Part shown: positions 23,996 through 37,372 of the stretch, one piece after another | How the letters are laid out: every line of letters starts with the position of its first letter | Numbering within the stretch: the stretch's first letter is position 1 | DNA from: Octopus sinensis | Lineage: Eukaryota | Assembly (NCBI RefSeq): GCF_006345805.1 | Contig: NC_043012.1 | Span: forward strand, 52,328,001-52,392,000 | Direction of reading: 5' to 3' | Length of the DNA stretch: 64,000 bases | Notes under the pieces: model-generated | Databases searched by the model: none | What the model was told of the DNA's origin: nothing | Seen by the model: only the letters and a program-made list of their open reading frames with translations | Position numbers and translations under genes: made by a program

Positions 23996-24270
23996 TATAT
24001 ATATACATACATATATATATATATACACACACACAGGTATATATATTCATACATATATACTTAGATATATGTCTGTGTGTGAGTGTGTGCGTATGTATGT
24101 ATCTATCTATGCATGTAGGTATGTATGAGTACATATGCGTGTGAATGAATCTCTACAAATATGCATGATCCCATTTATAATTAAATATGTCAAATATATA
24201 TGCATGTTTTCGCATGCATATTTATGTATGTCCGCATGTATTCGTCTGTGTTAGGTTGTTATATATATAT

Positions 24271-24305
<35 letters not shown>

Positions 24306-24460
24306 CATGTTTATATATGCTCACGAACTCACGCACATTTATTTCATTATTTAAAACATGTGTCCATACACGAAAACGCAGTGCATTAAAATATATTGCA
24401 TAAATGAAAAAGCCATGCATACTTACATCGACATAGCTATGCACTCACATATATGCACGC

Positions 24461-24491
<31 letters not shown>

Positions 24492-24517
24492 GATAATAAT
24501 AGCGGTAAATGATAATG

Positions 24518-24627
<110 letters not shown>

Positions 24628-25384
24628 TTAACAATAATAATAATAATAATTATACACCATTCCATATACATATATGTATTAAATGCTATATGGAAATATT
24701 GAAATGTAGAACATGCTTTGTTGCCTTAAGAGTTCCACGCGTGGGGAATATGATCCAATATATATATGGATTGACGTATTGCTACTTTCGAGCACATAGT
24801 GTAGTGCGCCTGGCAAATAAAAATGGTCTGTGGTATATAGCCACGCAAGTATATGCTATTTCACTCAGGAAAGATGTGTTCATCGCATTGCTGGGAAATC
24901 TTGGAAATAAGGACAGTGGTAGGGAGGAAACTCTCTCGCTCCGGTTTTTTTTTCTTTCGCGTGTCATTCTTTTTCTCTTTCACTCCCCAATAGTTCCTGA
25001 AAATTTAATCTGCATAACTATTATCATAAAACTGCCGTGATTTATAAATAGCTGAGTTTATGAATATATTCATATAGTCATATATTTAAATGTACGCACG
25101 CTAAGACATATTCGGGTTTCTACAGCTATCGCACTATGCAATTTCAGGCATAAATACATTTATGTATGTGCGCGTGTATATATGTGTATAATTGTGTGTG
25201 TGCATGTGTGTGTGTGCGTGCGTGCGTGTGTGTGTGTGTGTGCGCGCAGATATATATGCAATGTGCACGTTTATCTGTATATATCTATCTTGAATTATAT
25301 GTACGTGTACGTGAAAACCTTACGGGCGGTAGGGGTTCAGAGTAAGGAAATGAAGGGCATAGAGTCTAAAGCAAATTCTTTTAT

Positions 25385-25604
25385 TCTTTCATTTGTTTCA
25401 GTCATTTGACTGCGGCCATGCTGGAGCACCACCTTTAGTTCAGCAAATCGGTCCCAGGGCTTTGCAAGCCTAGTGTTTATTCTATCGGTCTGTCTTGCCG
25501 AACTGCTAAGTTACGGGGACGTAAACTCACCAGCATCGGTTGTCAAGCGATGTTGGGGGACAAGCACATACACACAAACACATACACATATATATATATA
25601 CGCA

Positions 25605-25653
<49 letters not shown>

Positions 25654-25815
25654 GAAGGGCTTCTTTCATTTTCTGTCTACCAAATCCACTCACAAGGGTT
25701 TGGTCGGCCCGAAGCTATAGTATAAGACACTTGCCTAAGGTGCCACGCAGTGGGACTGAACCCGAAAGCCTCTGGTTAGTAAGAAAGCTACCTACCTCAC
25801 AGCCACACTTGCGCG
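25385..25815 (-). mobile_element. SINE family A
   Basis: Full head, internal AT/AC microsatellite, body and tail as in the other family A copies. Confidence 0.9.
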
Positions 25816-25926
25816 TTTATTTTTTTGTCATAAGAAGGTCAAGATCGAAAGTTATGTTACATCTCCGTTTCCTTACACATTCCCAGTCAAGATAGAAATC
25901 GTTTATCAAGGAAAATAAAGTTATCT

Positions 25927-25968
<42 letters not shown>

Positions 25969-25970
<2 letters not shown>

Positions 25971-26945
25971 TGAGAAAGTTGGTGTGTGAAAGCACGTGGT
26001 TGAATATATAGAAAATAGGAAAAAGTGAAAAAACTACAGAAGGCTTGTTTTAAAAGGTTAAAAAATATATATTTGAGTCATTATGTCAGAAGAATGTTAT
26101 AAATTATTTTCATACAGTGACATAGTTTTTGAAGAAATTACCGGTTTCGTGTTAACTTTTCAAATTTCTCAAAAGAATTGTGTTATGACTTCGTTATGAA
26201 GTTTAAAGAAGCGTTCCAGGTAAGGGGAGGTTATAAGTGATTTCTTCCGGTGTAAGGGAGATAATCGCTTTATATTTCTTGCCCTTTTTTTTAAACTTAA
26301 TGGGGTGAGTTTCTCTGTATAAAGATGTTAGAGTGGTTAAGTTTGGGCTTATATTTTTCAATGAAGAATGTTTCCTTGTTTAGTCTAATTTGTGTTGGTG
26401 TTCCAATAGCACATTGATAAAATGGAAAGATTAAAAATTGTGGTAGTAGTTGCTTTGCACATTTCTCAATATGCTCACTAAAGGGTATCATTCTGTATTC
26501 TGGGAATGCAATCTTTTGTCGATGCAGTGTGCATCTACGTCTGAGTGATAGTCCCGTGGACCCCACGTAGTTTTGGTGGCAGCCCGAGCATCTTATGACA
26601 TAAATTATGTTTTCAGAGGCACAAGTAAAATTAGATTTGATCTTGAATTTTTGTCCCTCTTTGAAGAGGAATTCTGATCCTTCTAGAAGGTCTGGGCATG
26701 TTGCACAGTTTGGTCTACCACATTTTTTTACTTTTGCATCCGTAATTTCAGAAAGCAATTTTGCCTTTGTGTGAATCTTTTTAAGTGATTTAGGTTGTTT
26801 GTAGCTTTTAATGATTTATGTATGTTTAGAATTTCCTTTAATTTGGGGTCCTTATCAAGTATTGGTAAATTCTGGGTGATGATGGTGAAGGCTTCTTTGT
26901 TTCTGGGGTTGTAAGGCAGTTTTTGGAACTGTCTTTTGTCTTGTG
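25969..26945 (-). mobile_element. Penelope-like element 3' fragment: thumb, CCHH-type linker, GIY-YIG endonuclease and pLTR
   Basis: ORF 26297-26758 reads CGRPNCATC...NIIYVIRCSGCHQNYVGSTGLSLRRRCTLH...EHIEKC...RLNKETFFIEKYKPKLN. Upstream is LPYNPRN...NLPILDKDPKLKEI. The palindrome gaaACCGGTa lies at 26140-26148. Confidence 0.9.
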
Positions 26946-29833
26946 GACCGAGCACAGTATTTGATTGATACTTATTTTATCGATCCAGGAAATATGAATC
27001 GTATAATCATAAATAAACAGGTGAATCTGTCAGGTTTTAAACTCAAAACGTTAAGGAACTTAACTAAATATCACAAAGTAACTGTATTTGATAATCTTAG
27101 AGATACTGGCTTGGTCATCGCTCTATATTCCTTTTAATGCTATGCACATATAGTTTGTAACATTATTTTACACTTCCCAAAATGTTGTACGTTAGGTTAA
27201 CAGAATATTGATTTCAAATTGTGTCACTAAACCAGCAATCCATCGACTCCAATGCTCAAATGGTACCTATTTTATCGTCCCCAATAGGATGAAATGCAAA
27301 GGCAACCTCGTCGGAATATGAACTCAAGCCGTGAAGACAAACCAAAAGCTGCTAAACTTTTCACCAGGCGTGCTAACGATTCTACCAGCCAGCCGCCATA
27401 GGGTAACATATTACTAACATAACTATGTTTACATAATTCGCCGTCATATCTCATCATAAACAAAGAAACCCAACGGCTGCAACAGTTGCTGTCGAATTGT
27501 GTTGCCTTCATGTTTGCCCTGATTAAGCAGTTCTTTGATGAAATACACTTTTGCAGTGACCATACAATTTTCTTTCAAGAAGTGTGAGTTAAGACAGCAT
27601 GATCTAGTATATCCTCGTTTTTAGAACACCATGATATGAATGCAGAGAATTTGTCTCTATTTAAGTCAAGCAATAACTTGATACCTCTCTCATTGTTGCT
27701 AATAAAATTTTGTGAAGTATGAGAGGACAATTTATATTGAAACGAAAACCAGCATGGAAATTATAGAATGTCATGACAGAAATATAGAAGAATCAAATCG
27801 AAACACTTTGGACCTGTTCATATTACTCATAAAATAGGTTGAATATATGTTGAATCTATATCGACTTAGCTCAAATATATTTTCCATAATTGAATCTAAT
27901 ACCACCAAGAGATTTTTTTTTTAAACACATGACACAATTTTATTCAATTATAGTACCATTTAAATACTTCTTTTTAAAAATTCTGAATACGAATTGAATT
28001 ATATTAATATAAATGTTAGTTTTATACGAGAAAATGTATTATTTGATTGTAAAATTAACTTCGTCAATACATTAATTTCTCTGAAGTTGTTAGGTAATTA
28101 GTTTTCTCAATAAACATTTTATACACAACCACGTATCACTAATCCCATTGGTATTTATGAAACGTTTGCTAGCAAAATAATGGCTTTCCTTTCCTTATTC
28201 TGTTGAATGAAAACATAATTTTTACAATCCAGATTTAAGTACGCAAAATCTATTTATCGCTTATATTATGAGTATAAACAGTTCTTCGTTCAATAGATGA
28301 CTGCGATTTCTAGTAAAATGCGTTCTTTCAAGCGAAACGCGTTATATGTTCATAGAGAAAAGGTGGAGTGTACACTTGTTCTTAACTCACAGACTTATAA
28401 AGGCATTACAGCAGTAGACATAGCTACAAAAGACGACTAATATTGCTGATCAGGTCTATAGAAAATTCGCGAGTTCTTCATTGATGGAGATACTTACTGG
28501 AGGCTGTATAATATACCTTTGAGTACAGCACTTCTTATTCAAGGATGTAAGACAAAATTTCTCTCTTTCGTTCATTATTTTGAATATGTGGTTATGTTAC
28601 GGCTCTTGTTTTGCAATAGCTTCAGTGTAATATTTAGGTTTGTGTGAGAATGAAAAGTTTATTTTAGATAATGGAAACAAAGTGGACAGCTTGATATGAA
28701 GTAGACAATATTGAGATTTTGCAACTAATGGAAGAGAATGTTATTGAGATTTAAATTGGGAAGATTTTCCAGCAGGTAACATCTCAGTATTATTGATGCT
28801 GCATAGATGTAGATGTGTCTGCTTTTACAACGTTCTTCTCATTAACAAAATCGGAATCCGTCACTCGTAGCAGCCATTCAGAATAAACGTTTATTTTGTA
28901 ATATAACCACAAAGTTATTTTTTCTTGCGAAAATTAGTATATTACAGATTTACATAGGAATGCAGAAGATGCCAATCTATTGTGTTTTCTAGACGGGTCA
29001 GATCCTATTCTGATGGCGTTCGAAACCAATGAGGAAACTTCTAGATCAGGCATGGATAGTATTTTACAAGAAGCGGGCTGTATGAGACATGATTCATCAT
29101 CAGGCGGGTTATACCACTAAAGAAATTCAAAGCAATTTTTCCTTATCATACCATTCAGAGATTGCAAGAGCTGCATTTTATGTATGATTGATCTGTATGG
29201 TGACTCGATTTTCTAAATGTAACAGCCAAATTTTCCTAAATTACATTCGACAAACTTCAATATAATTTGATTACATTGGCCAAAGTAGTCACCGATATAA
29301 ATATGATAAACGGAAGTGTCAGAACTGGAACGACATTTAATCCTTTCCCACATGCAGAATAAGTATGTGAAATTGCGTCTTTGCGTTACAGATAGCAAAA
29401 TAAGCTGGAATTGAACCTCAAAGGATGGCTTCAACAATTAACGGAATTACGAGATGAAGAATCACTAACTTGGTAGCAACTTCACTTGTTTTATTTGCAA
29501 ATCTTTTGAGCTAACATGAATCAGATTGTACCTGTTGAATCAGTATTGAATAAGCAGTACCATTCACTGAACAGAGTTAGAGTGAACACCTCAGATGAAG
29601 CACGGATAAACAAAGAAAATTATTCATACAAAAGTACAAACCATGACTTAACAAACTACAACAGAGTACATACACAAATAAATATTTACACACAAAGCTC
29701 ATTCTGCCAATTAACATACGGAACCTACACAGCTAACAGCCTAAACTTTAGCCACCGGACTACATACAAACAATTCCTGTCTACTCTCCCACCAGGCACA
29801 TTAAACTTAAAGTGACGTGTTTGTAACTAAGCA

Positions 29834-30085
29834 TGTTCACTCAACCGTGTCGGCCTTCGTTTTAGGCACAAAATATACTGCCATGTGACACTAACTCACG
29901 GACGTAGAGTGAGACGTACAAAAGATTCTACACTTAATTACGTGTTCATTCTCTACAAAAACTTCACAGAAAACATTCACAGCATTGATTGCTTGGTTCT
30001 GTTACTAGACCTGTTCAGTCAACCGTGTCAGCCTTAACTTTCGACGCCAAACATTCTCACTTGACACTAACACACGGACGTAGAG
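29834..30085 (+). repeat. Two diverged ~76-bp direct repeats at a 178-bp period
   Basis: tgttca.tcaaccgtgtc.gcctt...tgacactaac.cacggacgtagag at 29834-29909 and 30012-30085. Confidence 0.85.
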
Positions 30086-30260
30086 GGGACCCTAAAAACT
30101 ATCTAAGACCAGTCATGTAAGTAACCTCAACCGATCAAGACCTATTCAAAACACTAACCTGAGCCATGAACTCCTTATAAAAATTGGGCCAGCTTCATAC
30201 ACCAATCAGAATCAAGACAGCTGCGACATAAGTCACGTCTTTCTATTTCAACTTTTTGAA

Positions 30261-30360
30261 NNNNNNNNNNNNNNNNNNNNNNNNNNNNNNNNNNNNNNNN
30301 NNNNNNNNNNNNNNNNNNNNNNNNNNNNNNNNNNNNNNNNNNNNNNNNNNNNNNNNNNNN
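30261..30360. other. Assembly gap (100 N)
   Basis: Seen directly. Confidence 1.
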
Positions 30361-30470
30361 GGCCGGGGGCTATAGTAGAAGACACTTGCCCAAGATGCCA
30401 CGCAATGAGACTGAACCCGGAACCATGTGGTTGGTTAGCAAGCTACTTACCACACAGCCACTCCTGCACC
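30361..30470 (-). mobile_element. SINE family A head, cut by the gap
   Basis: ggggctatagtagaagacacttgcccaag...cacacagccactcctgcacc. Confidence 0.85.
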
Positions 30471-30501
30471 TATATATATATATGTGCATACATACATACA
30501 C

Positions 30502-30560
<59 letters not shown>

Positions 30561-31425
30561 GGTGTGTGTGTGTTTCCATATATTCTATACTTTATTTTTT
30601 TTTCTTTTGTTTCAGCCAGAAGTGGTGAGGGTTCCATGGTAATGCCATTGGTATGATTGTTAACTTAAAGCAATTTGATTTCCACGGCAGTCTCTCTATG
30701 TTTGGCTCTGATGATTCAATGAGTTGGCCAACGCCGTCGCCGTTCGAGTTTCATGCTGTGATGAGGTTTCATATGGCATCTCACATTAAAACTTTGTCTA
30801 AATATTTTCGAATATATACATATCTATGCCTCGTAGATCACTGATGATTCTTGGCCACATATAGAAAAGCAGTATTCGGTCCCCTGCTCAAGATTGGAGG
30901 GATGCAATCATTGGTTCTATGCAGCAGAGTCTTAATCATTCAGTATAATTTGGGACCCCAAATTGAGCTGCTAAACCCACCAGGATCTTTCATATATAGA
31001 TATATATATATTATTTTATAGCATTCGCGTCATCGTTTTATGAAATATGGTCTTAGATATTTTAGACCGTCAAAGCGGCTCATCAAATGATTGTGAAAAA
31101 TCTTGGTGTAACATCATTGAGTGTCTCGTGTTCCGAATCTAGTTTGATGCTCTATGGTAACAATAATTAAGAGACATTGAGAACCAATACTCTGCACAAG
31201 GCTACACTTTTTTGTCCTTTTGATTGATGTCAGAATCCAAACAGTGTGATACATGCTCATTTTTCTCTATATCTCGCAGCCTTCGAGAGCAGCTAATGGT
31301 TTATCATTGTGTAACATATATTAATATATATTGAACACCCACCGGATTACCTTATATATATATATATAGATAGATAGATAGATAGATATATAGATAAATA
31401 GATAGATAGATGCATAGATAGATGC

Positions 31426-31481
<56 letters not shown>

Positions 31482-31498
31482 TTAGTTTATAGATGCAT

Positions 31499-31543
<45 letters not shown>

Positions 31544-33214
31544 TAGATAGATAGAATAGATAGATAGATTAGATAGATAGATAGATAGATAGATATGTAT
31601 GTGCATGTGTGTGTATGTGTGTGTATGGAGATATGTTTGTATTTATATGTAGAAATAGGTATGAATAAATATATTCACATACGCACACATACAAACACAC
31701 TCACACATCACACACACGCGCACACACATTATATTGTATATAATACACGTGTGTACATATGTGTGTGCATGGGAACTTAAACATGAATGCGTGTAGATGT
31801 GTAAGCAGTTTAGTACTTATGCATGCTCATCTTTATAAATATACAGCAGTAAACATTTACAGATTAGTATACCGAGGTAAAAAGTGGGAGGCGGTAGATT
31901 TGGGTAGTAACAATCTGAAATGAAAGTTTACCACAGAGGCAGTTCCGTTAAAGACATCTGATGACCAAAACTGCGTAGTTAAATCAAGCGGTGTGATGTT
32001 CCATTAATAAAGTTAGAATTTAATAACCGTAACTAGAAACTCTGCCGAAATAGCCTCTACCAGTTCTTAGTTATGTACGCGGCAGAGCTATCAAACACCA
32101 GCGAAAACAACAACAAAAACTACAACAACAAAAAAAGCGTGTTTAATAACATTGCTGAGTTAACATTTCCTAGATAACTCTGATATACTAGCTCTATCGT
32201 TAGATCAGTTCCCAGAAGTCTTTCTCTTTATTCTTTCACTTAAAGACCTCCGTATCTCTATGGATTCATTCGGATTTTTTTTTATCTTCTATCTCTCTGC
32301 CTAAAGCATTGCACTTCAAAGTGTAGTGTTCAAGAACCTGTCTGATAGAATTGGCAATGTTTTGATGATAAATTAATAATTTACGCTTCATTATTGCGTC
32401 AATCTACGATGGGTTTATTAGTGTTGGGTCAGAGCCAGTCTCTAAGAAAATTAACTTGGTGAAAATTTACAATAATAAATAGGGTTTTTAATCAAATGAG
32501 GTTGGTTCGACACACAGAAACACTCCCTCCACTAGATGCCTATCTCTAAGCTTTAATAGTAATATGATATTCATAGACACGCATAAAATATAGTCAAAAA
32601 CACAAGCATAAATACAGAGATGATACACAAAAATTAAATCTATGTATACATATATAAAAGTGATAAAGTACTGAGGGTGTGAGCATACGTGTATGACTAT
32701 ATATGTATGTGTGTGAACATTAGGATTAAAAGGAGACAGAAAAATACATAAATATTTATTTACTTAGATTTTTGTTTCTATTTCACATCTCATACTATTA
32801 CCCAACTCTCTCTTATAATACGTGTGTGTATATATGTGTGTGTATATGTATATAGACTACATATATTCATACAAATTTGTATGTGTTAGTTACTATATAT
32901 GCTCTTTAATGATATTCAAATATACTTATACTTATTATTGCTTAAGCTGATGAATATCTAAGAAGGTTTCTCGCGTCTTTCATTCTCTCTTGGCTATTTC
33001 TCCCTATAAGCACATATATGTGCATGTGTGCACCCGCATTATGTATGCATGTATGCATGTATGTATGGATATATGTATACATGAATGCGGTTCTACTCAG
33101 ATTTGCTTCATCACATCGTCGATGCAAGTTCAATTCTACCGGATGGCATTTTTGCAAAAAAAATCACTCCAGCTATATCTCTTAGTCGTTTGCGTATAGA
33201 TATACGCTTTTATT

Positions 33215-33600
33215 TGTTTCAGTCATTTGATAGCCGCCTTTAGTCGACCAAATCGACCCCAGGACATATTCTTTGTAAACCTAGTGCTTATTCTACCGGT
33301 GTCTTTTGCCGCACCATTAAGTAACGAGGACGTAAACACACCAGCATCGGTTGTCAAGCGACGTTGGGGAGACAAACACAGACACAAAAACATATATATA
33401 TACACACACACACATATATATATATATACATACATATCTACATATATACGACGGGCTTCTTTCAGTTTACGTTTAACAAATCCACTCACTCTGATTTGGT
33501 ATGCTTGAGGCCATAGTAGAAGACACTTGCCGAAGGTGTCACGCAGTGGGACTGAACGCGGAACCATGTGGTTCGTAAGCAAGCTACTTTACCACACAGC

Positions 33601-33605
<5 letters not shown>
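33215..33605 (-). mobile_element. SINE family A
   Basis: Head, microsatellite spacer, body and tail are all present. Confidence 0.9.
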
Positions 33606-33644
<39 letters not shown>

Positions 33645-33664
33645 GATATATATATATATATCTG

Positions 33665-33703
<39 letters not shown>

Positions 33704-35629
33704 CATATGTACATGTACACACACACATATATTTGCTTTTATGTCTAGTTATAATAAAAACAATTTCACATTAATCTGATGGGTCATCCAATACTTTTGT
33801 GGAATACAAATTTGTTATTCTTAAAGAAGAATATTATTGGCAGGGTCTTCGAAGTTTCAGTTAATTAAGACATCGTTGGAGTGCAATGCAATGCAGTTAA
33901 TCTTGGCTTTATTTAGCCCCAGTGGGTTTATGTGTTTGAGTGGAGTGGTAATTATGTTTTAAGTGGTAGATTGTTATGGAGAGAAGTTTTGAAAAAATTT
34001 TTATTGTGCTATGTTATTGTTTAGACTTTATTCATATATAAAACTTTGTTAACAAGTGTGGTTATGTAGGTATGTCTTTAGGTGTGTCTGTTTTGTTAAG
34101 TATGTGTCATTTTGTTTCGTTAGTTTTGGCTTCATTGAATTCAATCCGTTCTTTGAAAATGAACGTGTCAAAGGTACCAAATCCAGTATTTAGAACCCTA
34201 GTAATTAGGAGTGTCAGCTGTTTTGCAATGGAACTTTTCAGGTCTCTATACTTTAGAAAAGAGAGCGTAATCAATCAGAATAATGCATAATGGTTTTTAT
34301 TATAACTGAATATATGAGCATACATTAATATAATCGTTGTGTTCAGACATGAGTGCTTTCGTAACATTAGCTGAAAAACAGGAAAATATCCAGCACCAAA
34401 TAATACACTTCTGTATTTAAACCATACCGATACTTACCAAACACTATTACCACCAAGCACTACTATAAAACCAAAAGCTTTCTTCGTATCAACAAACTGC
34501 AGAAAAAAACTGAAACAGAATATCTACTACATTAGAAGACCAAATATATTCACAAAATTGGACGAGAGAAAACACCTCTGTCAGATAAGTAAAACCACTT
34601 ATAACCAGTTTCTTTCTAACAGAATCTCCTTCAAATGCATAAACAAATACAATATAAAACATGAAGTTTTAAACGATGTAAATACCAGAACCAAAGAAAT
34701 AGCAACTAAACGCAAAACAGATGATGCAGTCGACACATCAACATCAAAATACCCGTATAAAGCCATGAAAGACCACAAACAAAAATTCATTAGCAACCCA
34801 TCCGACTTTACATATAAATGCTTCGAACCAAGGCATTGGCATTAGCAAAGAAAATCGCGCACAAATCCTCTTTGGAGTAGCACTTGCTAAGTAAAAGATT
34901 GGTTCAACAAAATTTCAAACAAAATAGAATACCTTTTCTTGCAGTTTGACGTATGAGGGTATTATGTGTCAATAACAAAACCTATTTTTACAGCCGCTTT
35001 GAACCTTGCGAAAACCATAATGACAATAAACGACACCGAACCAGAAACAATATTACAAGCAGGGAAATTGCACCTTTTCCAGAACAATGCATTCTGGATT
35101 AAGAAAAACACTAAAGAACCATTTGATGTAGGCATGTGTTCAAAGGACGTGCATGAATAGGCAATATCGTTGGTCTTCACATATTGTAAATCTTACACAA
35201 CAAATTTCCATCCGTCTCAAGTGGCCTACATAGGGCCAACGGTTCACTCCTACTAACGAACTACAGCCCAGAAAAACAGCTGATAAGTTTAGAAAAAATT
35301 TGAGCTTCTCTTACTGTAGAAACACAACTAAAAGCAGTCAATTTCGTAGATTTTACACTCGACCTGGAATCTAATATCAATAAAATGGACAAGACAGATA
35401 AAAAAATATTCAGTATATGCAAAATCAGTCTAACCACCCCATATTTATAATCAAACACCTAGTTTTAAAAAAACATTTCTCTCACACTTTCGATTTTATC
35501 TTCAAATGAAAAAATACTGAGTGAAATTAACCTCCATATAATGAAGCTTTCAGTAAACAGTGGCTACAAAGAAAAGTGCAATATACAGACGACAAACCCA
35601 AACAGCAAAATTATATGTCACTATATATA

Positions 35630-36047
35630 GGCGCAGGAGTGGCAGTGTGGTAAGTAGCTTGCTTACCAACCTGGTTCCAGGTTCAGTCCCATTGCGTGGA
35701 ACTTGGGCAAGTGTCTTCTACTATAGCCTCGGGTCGACCAATGCCTTTGTGAGTGGATTTATAGAAGGAAACTGAAAGAAGCCCGTCGTATATATGTATA
35801 TATATGTATGTGTGTGTATATGTTTGTGTGTCTGTGTTTGTCCAGCCAACATCGCTTGACAACCGATGCTGGTGTGTTTAAAACCCGTAACATAGCGGTT
35901 CGGTGAAAGAGACCGATAGAATAAGTACTAGGCTTACAAAGAATAAGTCCTGGTGTTGATTTGCTCGACTAAAGGCGGTGCTCCAGCATGACTGCAGTCA
36001 AATGACAAACAAGTAAAAAAGTAAAAGAGTAAAAGAGTAAAGAGAGT
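35630..36047 (+). mobile_element. SINE family A, full length, nested in the Penelope-like element
   Basis: ggcgcaggagtggcagtgtggtaagtagcttgc...ggttcagtccc...ttgggcaagtgtcttctactatagcc...gtaaaagagtaaaagag. Confidence 0.9.
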
Positions 36048-36560
36048 ATCCAAAGATATATGGCAATTAAATTTTTAAAATAGTCTGTTTTACATCAAAT
36101 GGAAAATACTCTCACAAAGAAAACTATATCAAGGTAACAACAAATCCTGCCAACCTTGTACTAATGAATTCTAACACATTCTAACATACATGAACCAAAT
36201 TCATTCTTGGACTGCGATGCATTGAAGACAATCTTGGCTTAAATAGTCTTTACATGTAAGCACAAATATGAAAAGCGATAAAATATTTTAAAACAATATT
36301 TTTTCAAATATTGATATTTTGCTTTGAGAATGTAAACGCTAAACATGTTAATATCTCACCAAATCCCCTCCATCCACCTACACCATGAACTATCCCCATA
36401 AAATACATACAAACACTTTTACACCTTTACACTAAAGTGGAAATTATTGGAAAACCTCCCAATCTCCTCCCAAAAATCCTCACAAAAGATTTTTTAATAT
36501 AAGTGCTCAAACCTACATACACAGAAACATTATATCTCTCTCTTTATATTCTCTTATTCC

Positions 36561-36594
36561 TTTCTGTTGAAGAGCGTAGGCTCGAAACGTAAAA
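36561..36594 (+). ncRNA. Minimal type I hammerhead-like motif in the pLTR
   Basis: ttt-CTGTTGA-a-GAGC gtag GCTC-GAA-ACGT-A-aaa. The core A6 reads T, and stem III is the palindrome ACGT. Confidence 0.55.
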
Positions 36595-36620
36595 TACTTT
36601 TTCATTTTTCTCGAGCATAT

Positions 36621-36667
<47 letters not shown>

Positions 36668-36695
36668 ATATAATATAATATAATAAAATAATTTA

Positions 36696-36727
<32 letters not shown>

Positions 36728-36783
36728 ATTTATATATATATATAATACATATATATATAATATAATATATACATATATATATA

Positions 36784-36816
<33 letters not shown>

Positions 36817-36991
36817 ATACTAACTACTGCTTAACCATTTTGTCGCACCGTCTTTGATGAAGGGATATAATATATCCCGGAAACAGCTGTAAGACCTCTT
36901 TATATATGTTCTGAAATCTTTCACAGCCTTGGATTTTTCATCTCACTCTGTTAATTTTATACACATACATACATACATACATACATTTAAA

Positions 36992-37310
36992 GACTCCGCC
37001 GGTTACGACGACGAGGGTCCCAGCTGATACGATCAACGGAACAGCTTGCTCGTGAAATTAACGTGTAAGTGGCTGAGCATTCCACAGACACGTGTACCCT
37101 TAACGTAGTTCTCGGGGATAATCAGCGTGACACAGAGAGTGACAAGGCTGACCCTTTGAAATACAAGTACAACTCATTTTTGCCAGCTGAGTGGACTGGA
37201 GCAACGTGAAATAAAGTGTCTTGCTCAAGGACACAACGCGTCGCCGGGAATCGAACTCACAACCTTACGATCATGAGCCGAATGCCCTAACCACTAAGCC
37301 ACGCGCCCTC
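36992..37310 (-). mobile_element. SINE family C, full length
   Basis: The minus head ggcgcgtggcttagtggttagggcattcggctcatgatcgtaaggttgtgagttcgattcccgg has A/B boxes, followed by the core tgtgtccttgagcaagacac. Confidence 0.9.
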
Positions 37311-37339
37311 ATACATACATGCATACATACATACATACA

Positions 37340-37372
<33 letters not shown>

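Larger units (their letters stand above)
34480..36620 (+). mobile_element. Decayed Penelope-like element (RT, endonuclease C-terminus, pLTR), possibly Naiad group; split by a family A SINE
   Basis: Motifs read DERKHLCQISKTTYNQFL...MKDHKQKFISNP, FWIKKNTKEPFDVGMCS, VETQLKAVNFVDFTLDL and, after the SINE, KWKILSQRKLYQGNNKSCQPCTNE. The clade assignment is an inference. Confidence 0.7.

Noticed and set aside
28300-29450. Non-repetitive stretch that looks like decayed coding sequence
   Set aside because: All frames are closed frequently and I recognised no motif. A translated HMM search would be required.
30700-30870. Three TGATGA motifs suggesting C/D snoRNA or hammerheads
   Set aside because: No matching D box with a terminal stem, and no stem II-GAAA-stem III arrangement could be built.
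37240-37310. tRNA-Met-like sequence (CAT in the anticodon position) on the minus strand
   Set aside because: It is the head of SINE family C. The other copy has CAC, the acceptor stem is incomplete, and it continues into the SINE core.
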